Source: a virus
Lineage: Duplodnaviria > Heunggongvirae > Uroviricota > Caudoviricetes
Reading direction: 5' to 3' (one strand)
Virus record (IMG/VR): IMGVR_UViG_2563366903_000009
Span: 1 to 40,486 of that record
Length of the DNA: 40,486 nt
Shown here: positions 36,685-40,486 of the stretch, in pieces
Layout: the number at the start of each line of letters is the position of its first letter
How positions within the stretch are numbered: the first letter of the stretch is position 1
Translations under genes and position numbers: made by a program
The notes under the pieces: generated by a model
Told to the model about the DNA's origin: nothing
The model's input: the letters and a program-made list of their open reading frames with translations, nothing else
Databases searched by the model: none

Positions 36685-37962
36685 TCAGCTTAACCTGCCT
36701 ATGCGAACAGCCAGGCGTCCGTTCTGGTCATAAACTTCAATTTTATCATTGCGGATCACCAGCCCAACATTCTGATTAGAGTAACGAATTGTCAGTTGCC
36801 CCTGCGACGTAACACTAAAAAGGCCACCAATATTCAGGTTACCCTGAGAATCAACCTGAAAGTTCCCGTTCTGAATAACAGCACTCCGGATAACAGGCGA
36901 CGTGATACTTACCCCGGCTTTTACTTCATCTGCCACAACCTTCCGCGACACCAGTGTTTCAATCACCGCGTCATAAATCATCGCTTTGGGAATAACAACT
37001 TTTCCACCAGAGACCGCAAACGGATAGGCGGTGTTATCCGGATTATTCGGGTCAAAGACAAACAGCTGTGACGCAGAAATTGCAACCTGGCTTACCGGCT
37101 TCCCTTCACCATCTTTTCCTGCAACAATTCCGATCCCCGCAGTAATTCCCTCAACACCGGTCTTTTTTGACCACATGGCCAGGAAAGCTTCACCGCCTTC
37201 TTTATCCACCTTAGTGATGCGCTCATTTACCTTATTAAGCTCTTCACTGGTTGACTTATTCATCCCCGTAACACGGGTATCAATACCACCGATAGTTTTC
37301 AGTGTTTCTTCCCTGAGATTACCCACAACTTCCGTCGTCTCGATTGCCGCGTCCTTTACTGCCTGCCCCTGAGCATTCTTTATTTCCTTACGCAGCTCTT
37401 CCACCACCGGTGACTTTGCAGCCTCCTCCTTGATCTGGTCAATAATGGCCTGAACGCTTATCTGGGTTTGTGCGGGAGTGCCTTTTACCGCGTTCCATGG
37501 CCCTTTCACTCCCGCTGCATTAACAAAGCGTATCCAGTAGAATCCCGACCAGCCCGGATCAACCGGATCAACCGGATCACCGTAAACCTGCCCCGGCGTC
37601 GTGGCAACCAGCACCGCATCCGAAAGGTCATCCTCCGTACCCCGCCAGATTTCAGTCAGTGAATGACCGCGATAATTCGGCATATCCCATTCAAGCAGTA
37701 CCGAGCCAAATCCCCCTGTAGCCTTAAAATTCTGCGGCTTCGATGGGAAATCAACGACCATCAGGGAACTGTCAATCTCGATCCCCGGATTCAGGGCGTA
37801 TGCGGCACCTCCTGAAGCCCGGCGACGGGCAAGCTTCAGACCGACCAGCTCTTCACGGGTTACAAAAGCATGACGACCATCGCCACGTTGTCCTGTCCCT
37901 ATCTCCATATTTTCCACAACCGCAGATAAATCCTTTCCTGCGCGCCACGGTTTTTTTGTCAT
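36685..37962 (-). CDS. Tail fiber / host-specificity protein, lambda J C-terminal-like
   Basis: Segment ...AMWSKKTGVEGITAGIGIVAGKDGEGKPVSQVAISASQLFVFDPNNPDNTAYPFAVSGG... parallels the lambda J region ...[52 protein letters not shown]... (recalled); fibronectin-III-like stretch upstream. Confidence 0.6.
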   Translation of the reverse strand: MTKKPWRAGKDLSAVVENMEIGTGQRGDGRHAFVTREELVGLKLARRRASGGAAYALNPGIEIDSSLMVVDFPSKPQNFKATGGFGSVLLEWDMPNYRGHSLTEIWRGTEDDLSDAVLVATTPGQVYGDPVDPVDPGWSGFYWIRFVNAAGVKGPWNAVKGTPAQTQISVQAIIDQIKEEAAKSPVVEELRKEIKNAQGQAVKDAAIETTEVVGNLREETLKTIGGIDTRVTGMNKSTSEELNKVNERITKVDKEGGEAFLAMWSKKTGVEGITAGIGIVAGKDGEGKPVSQVAISASQLFVFDPNNPDNTAYPFAVSGGKVVIPKAMIYDAVIETLVSRKVVADEVKAGVSITSPVIRSAVIQNGNFQVDSQGNLNIGGLFSVTSQGQLTIRYSNQNVGLVIRNDKIEVYDQNGRLAVRIGRLS

Positions 37963-39584
37963 ACCGGCAGCTCCGACATCGATGTACTGAGTGTGATACG
38001 TTCAACCTGACCAAAACCAGAAACCAGCATCTGCCAGTTTTGCCCGGTTGCAGCAGGTAACCTCACAACGCGTCCTGAAAAGCTTCCTGGTGCAAGGTGA
38101 ATCACCGGCACATCATCAGCCAGCACAGTAATTCCCACCCGCTCTGGCGTCGGAGACTTCACCCTGAGACAGGAAAAAGAGGTTCTTTCCGGAAGGGAAA
38201 ATACCTTTGAATGCCATCTGATTGTCGACGGCAAACTCCCTCCGGCAATCGCAGACATGTTTTGTCCTGATACCACCCGCATAACATCGTTAACCAGGTC
38301 AACACATGCGCAGTCAAACGGCGTACTGAGGTACCGGATATCCATGTTCGCCGGGCTGAAGACAAACACATCCTGCTTACCATCCGGTTTCGTGTAACAG
38401 GCAATGTATTCACCACGCCAGGGATAAGCCACAATGGAGGCCGGATTAAACTGACTCTGCCACTGTTCCGGTGAAATAATCTGTTCCGTCGCCAGAGCGG
38501 CATTACCGTTTGCATCAACAGACACCAGGCCATTTGTTCCTGCATACAGCACAAAGCCCTCCATCGCCACCATACTTCTTCGGCTCAGGCATGCCTGCAT
38601 GGAAGGAATTCTGGAGCCAGAAATTGTGGAAGGCGATACACCACTGAACAGATAAGGCTCACCCTTTGTCGCCACCACCAGTGATGTTCCGAGCGGACAG
38701 ATAGCCACAATATCTTCTGCCGTCGTGTGACGATTCACTTCCGGCCATGCATACGGCAGATACGCTTCCGAAAACATCACTTCATTACCGGCAAATCCGG
38801 CGGCAATACCATTCGCCATCAGGCAAAGGCCTGTCATATTCTCCGGCGGCGGCAGGTAATCCCATGTCGCCAGCGAAGGTCCAAGATTTTTCGCCGGTAT
38901 TTTATCCGTGTAACTGAGCACGGATACATCCAGTTCAGCCACGAGTAAAAAATCGGCTTCTCCTCCCCCTGATGCAGAACGATAAATACGACGACGTTTA
39001 ATACTGGCATTCTGCAATGGCACCGGAGCCAGCGTCAGTTGTACCGCAGTTCCCGGAGTACGGAGTGTTACCTCCAGAGACGCCGGACCTGGCGGACCTT
39101 CTTCACCATAATCTGAGACAAAGGTTTCCGTATAAAACCGGGTTTCATCATCATTCGGGTTATCATCAGAAACATCACCGCCCTGCTGAACAGTACAGAC
39201 AGGAGCTGTCGTCGGCGCGGGGATCCCCAGACGATACGATGATGTCGGGTGATTCCCGTCCCCTTTTGTGGCAATGGTCGCATCCGTCACTTTAGGAAAA
39301 CGCCCGTCAGTGTAGTAAATACGCCCGTGGGGGTCCTGAGCGATCGGACTGCGGATCACATCCACCACATCCGGCCATGCAAACCAGAAATCGTCACGGT
39401 AATGAAAAATTGTTTTTGGCTTAATTGTGAATGTTTTCTCAACCCCGGATATCTGACGTTCTGGTGTAATAACACCAAACCGGAAATGGCAGTCCTCCGC
39501 CAGTACAGCGGAATGCTCGGGCAGCATGGATGTCACAACGCGCGGCATCATCCCACGCATCGTGGTGATATCGATATAGGGCAT
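37959..39584 (-). CDS. Hypothetical tail-associated protein (about 541 aa)
   Basis: ATGA-coupled to the J-like gene; start chosen at MPYIDITTMRG (AAGGA 7 nt upstream) inside track ORF 37959-39662. Confidence 0.5.
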   Translation of the reverse strand: MPYIDITTMRGMMPRVVTSMLPEHSAVLAEDCHFRFGVITPERQISGVEKTFTIKPKTIFHYRDDFWFAWPDVVDVIRSPIAQDPHGRIYYTDGRFPKVTDATIATKGDGNHPTSSYRLGIPAPTTAPVCTVQQGGDVSDDNPNDDETRFYTETFVSDYGEEGPPGPASLEVTLRTPGTAVQLTLAPVPLQNASIKRRRIYRSASGGGEADFLLVAELDVSVLSYTDKIPAKNLGPSLATWDYLPPPENMTGLCLMANGIAAGFAGNEVMFSEAYLPYAWPEVNRHTTAEDIVAICPLGTSLVVATKGEPYLFSGVSPSTISGSRIPSMQACLSRRSMVAMEGFVLYAGTNGLVSVDANGNAALATEQIISPEQWQSQFNPASIVAYPWRGEYIACYTKPDGKQDVFVFSPANMDIRYLSTPFDCACVDLVNDVMRVVSGQNMSAIAGGSLPSTIRWHSKVFSLPERTSFSCLRVKSPTPERVGITVLADDVPVIHLAPGSFSGRVVRLPAATGQNWQMLVSGFGQVERITLSTSMSELPV

Positions 39585-39740
39585 AGAAATTCCTTTGACT
39601 GCTTCAGGCTTAAAAATCAGGGGATTTATGATGGAATTCGCTAAAATCGCGATCGGTATCACTGCAACAGAGTGTTGCTATGATATTCTGGACAAGACGT
39701 AACAACTCACTAATTGTTATCAAACGTCTTTCTTCTGGTC

Positions 39741-39766
39741 GGGGAGCATGTTGCTCCCCTTTTTTT
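39741..39766 (+). terminator. Plus-strand intrinsic terminator inside the minus-strand late block
   Basis: GGGGAGCA tgt TGCTCCCC (39741-39759) followed by T7 (39760-39766). In the minus orientation the stem is preceded, not followed, by the homopolymer. Confidence 0.55.
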
Positions 39767-39947
39767 ACTGCATTACCACCGCAGCTGTAGCAACAAGAGC
39801 CAGCACACCACCAAGCCACACAAACAGCATGAAGCACATTGCACCTGTGGTGTAACGTTTTCTTCCGATTGTCCGGCATCTCTCTTTATTCATCATCTGC
39901 ACCTTCTGAACTATCAGAAGATTCTGCGCATCCGGCAGGACCGCCAT
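39765..39947 (-). CDS. Small membrane peptide (43-60 aa) with basic N-terminus and C-terminal TM
   Basis: ...MMNKERCRTIGRKRYTTGAMCFMLFVWLGGVLALVATAAVVMQ*; likely start at 39896 (AAGGTG 3 nt upstream); stop overlaps the T-run of the plus-strand terminator. Confidence 0.45.
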   Translation of the reverse strand: MAVLPDAQNLLIVQKVQMMNKERCRTIGRKRYTTGAMCFMLFVWLGGVLALVATAAVVMQ

Positions 39948-40417
39948 CAGGCACCAACAAGCCGTCTGACACTCACACCATACAGTCCGTTTTTTGCCAT
40001 TCCCGTATACAGAAAGGTATTCACCGTCTTTGTGTTAATACCCATCTCACTGGCAAGGCGGCAGGGTCTCGACTGGCGGTAGACATAACCGAACATCACC
40101 ACCATCTCTGACATCGTCAGCGGGCGGGCAGCACTGTTATACGTCCAGACGCCGTTGTGTATGGCATCACTTATCTGCTCATCATCACGGAGCAACTCCG
40201 CATCCAGTTGCAGAAAATGACGCCCCTGGAACATGCAGCGCATCAGTCTGCCCAGCAACGTATCACAGATTATCAGCCAGGATTCGTCAAAGTCCGGGAT
40301 ATAACGGCGGTTCTCCGGCAGGAAAAACTCCCTCGCCAGTATCACACTGTGTTCCTTCAGTAACGCCTGCAGACCATACTCCAGATAGCGATTCCTGGTA
40401 GCCAGAATCACCTTCAT
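39947..40417 (-). CDS. LuxR/GerE-type HTH transcriptional regulator
   Basis: C-terminal LTMSEMVVMFGYVYRQSRPCRLASEMGINTKTVNTFLYTGMAKNGL fits the LuxR-type HTH pattern; start chosen at MKVILATRN (AGGAAGG RBS) inside track ORF 39947-40447. Confidence 0.6.
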   Translation of the reverse strand: MKVILATRNRYLEYGLQALLKEHSVILAREFFLPENRRYIPDFDESWLIICDTLLGRLMRCMFQGRHFLQLDAELLRDDEQISDAIHNGVWTYNSAARPLTMSEMVVMFGYVYRQSRPCRLASEMGINTKTVNTFLYTGMAKNGLYGVSVRRLVGA

Positions 40418-40486
40418 CGCAGCACCTTCCTGTTTTTTATGCCCCATGAAAAACGGCAGACCAGAGTCCTGCGCCTGCCGTCATAC

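Larger units (their letters stand above)
18717..40486. mobile_element. Prophage inserted in ynfG (partial; continues beyond window end, integrase not in window)
   Basis: Host gene breaks at about 18717; downstream are antirepressors, TraR-like, Ea22-like and DUF551 genes, then a minus-strand late block with a J-like tail protein, a Lom-family gene and a 2,791-aa ORF. Confidence 0.7.

Noticed and set aside
18717-40486. Shiga toxin or other known toxin genes, tRNA genes and IS elements within the ynfG prophage segment
   Set aside because: No stx-like A/B subunit ORF pair, tRNA-like structure or transposase ORF was recognised in the visible part; the element continues beyond the window.

Overview
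Enterobacterial (E. coli/Shigella-like) chromosomal segment, read from ORF translations and sequence motifs only (no database search run). Core genes rspB-rspA, ynfA, ynfB, speG, ynfC, ynfD, ynfE, ynfF (8.5-18.6 kb) are flanked by two prophage segments. Left (1-8.4 kb): the integrase-proximal arm of a lambdoid prophage (replication gene with embedded iterons, YdaT/YdaS-like genes, repressor, early-left genes, exonuclease-like gene, xis, int) ending at a truncated MFS transporter gene (ydfJ-like). Right (18.7 kb to window end): a second prophage inserted in ynfG after codon 28, carrying two antirepressor paralogs with duplicated leader cassettes, TraR-like, Ea22-like and DUF551 genes, then a minus-strand late/tail block. 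Most notable are a 2,791-aa ORF with two HExxH motifs, a 46-aa Hok/Gef-like toxin ORF missing from the ORF track, and a Lom/Ail-family moron. ynfE carries an apparent -1 frameshift in an A7 tract. No tRNA, rRNA, CRISPR array or IS element was recognised.
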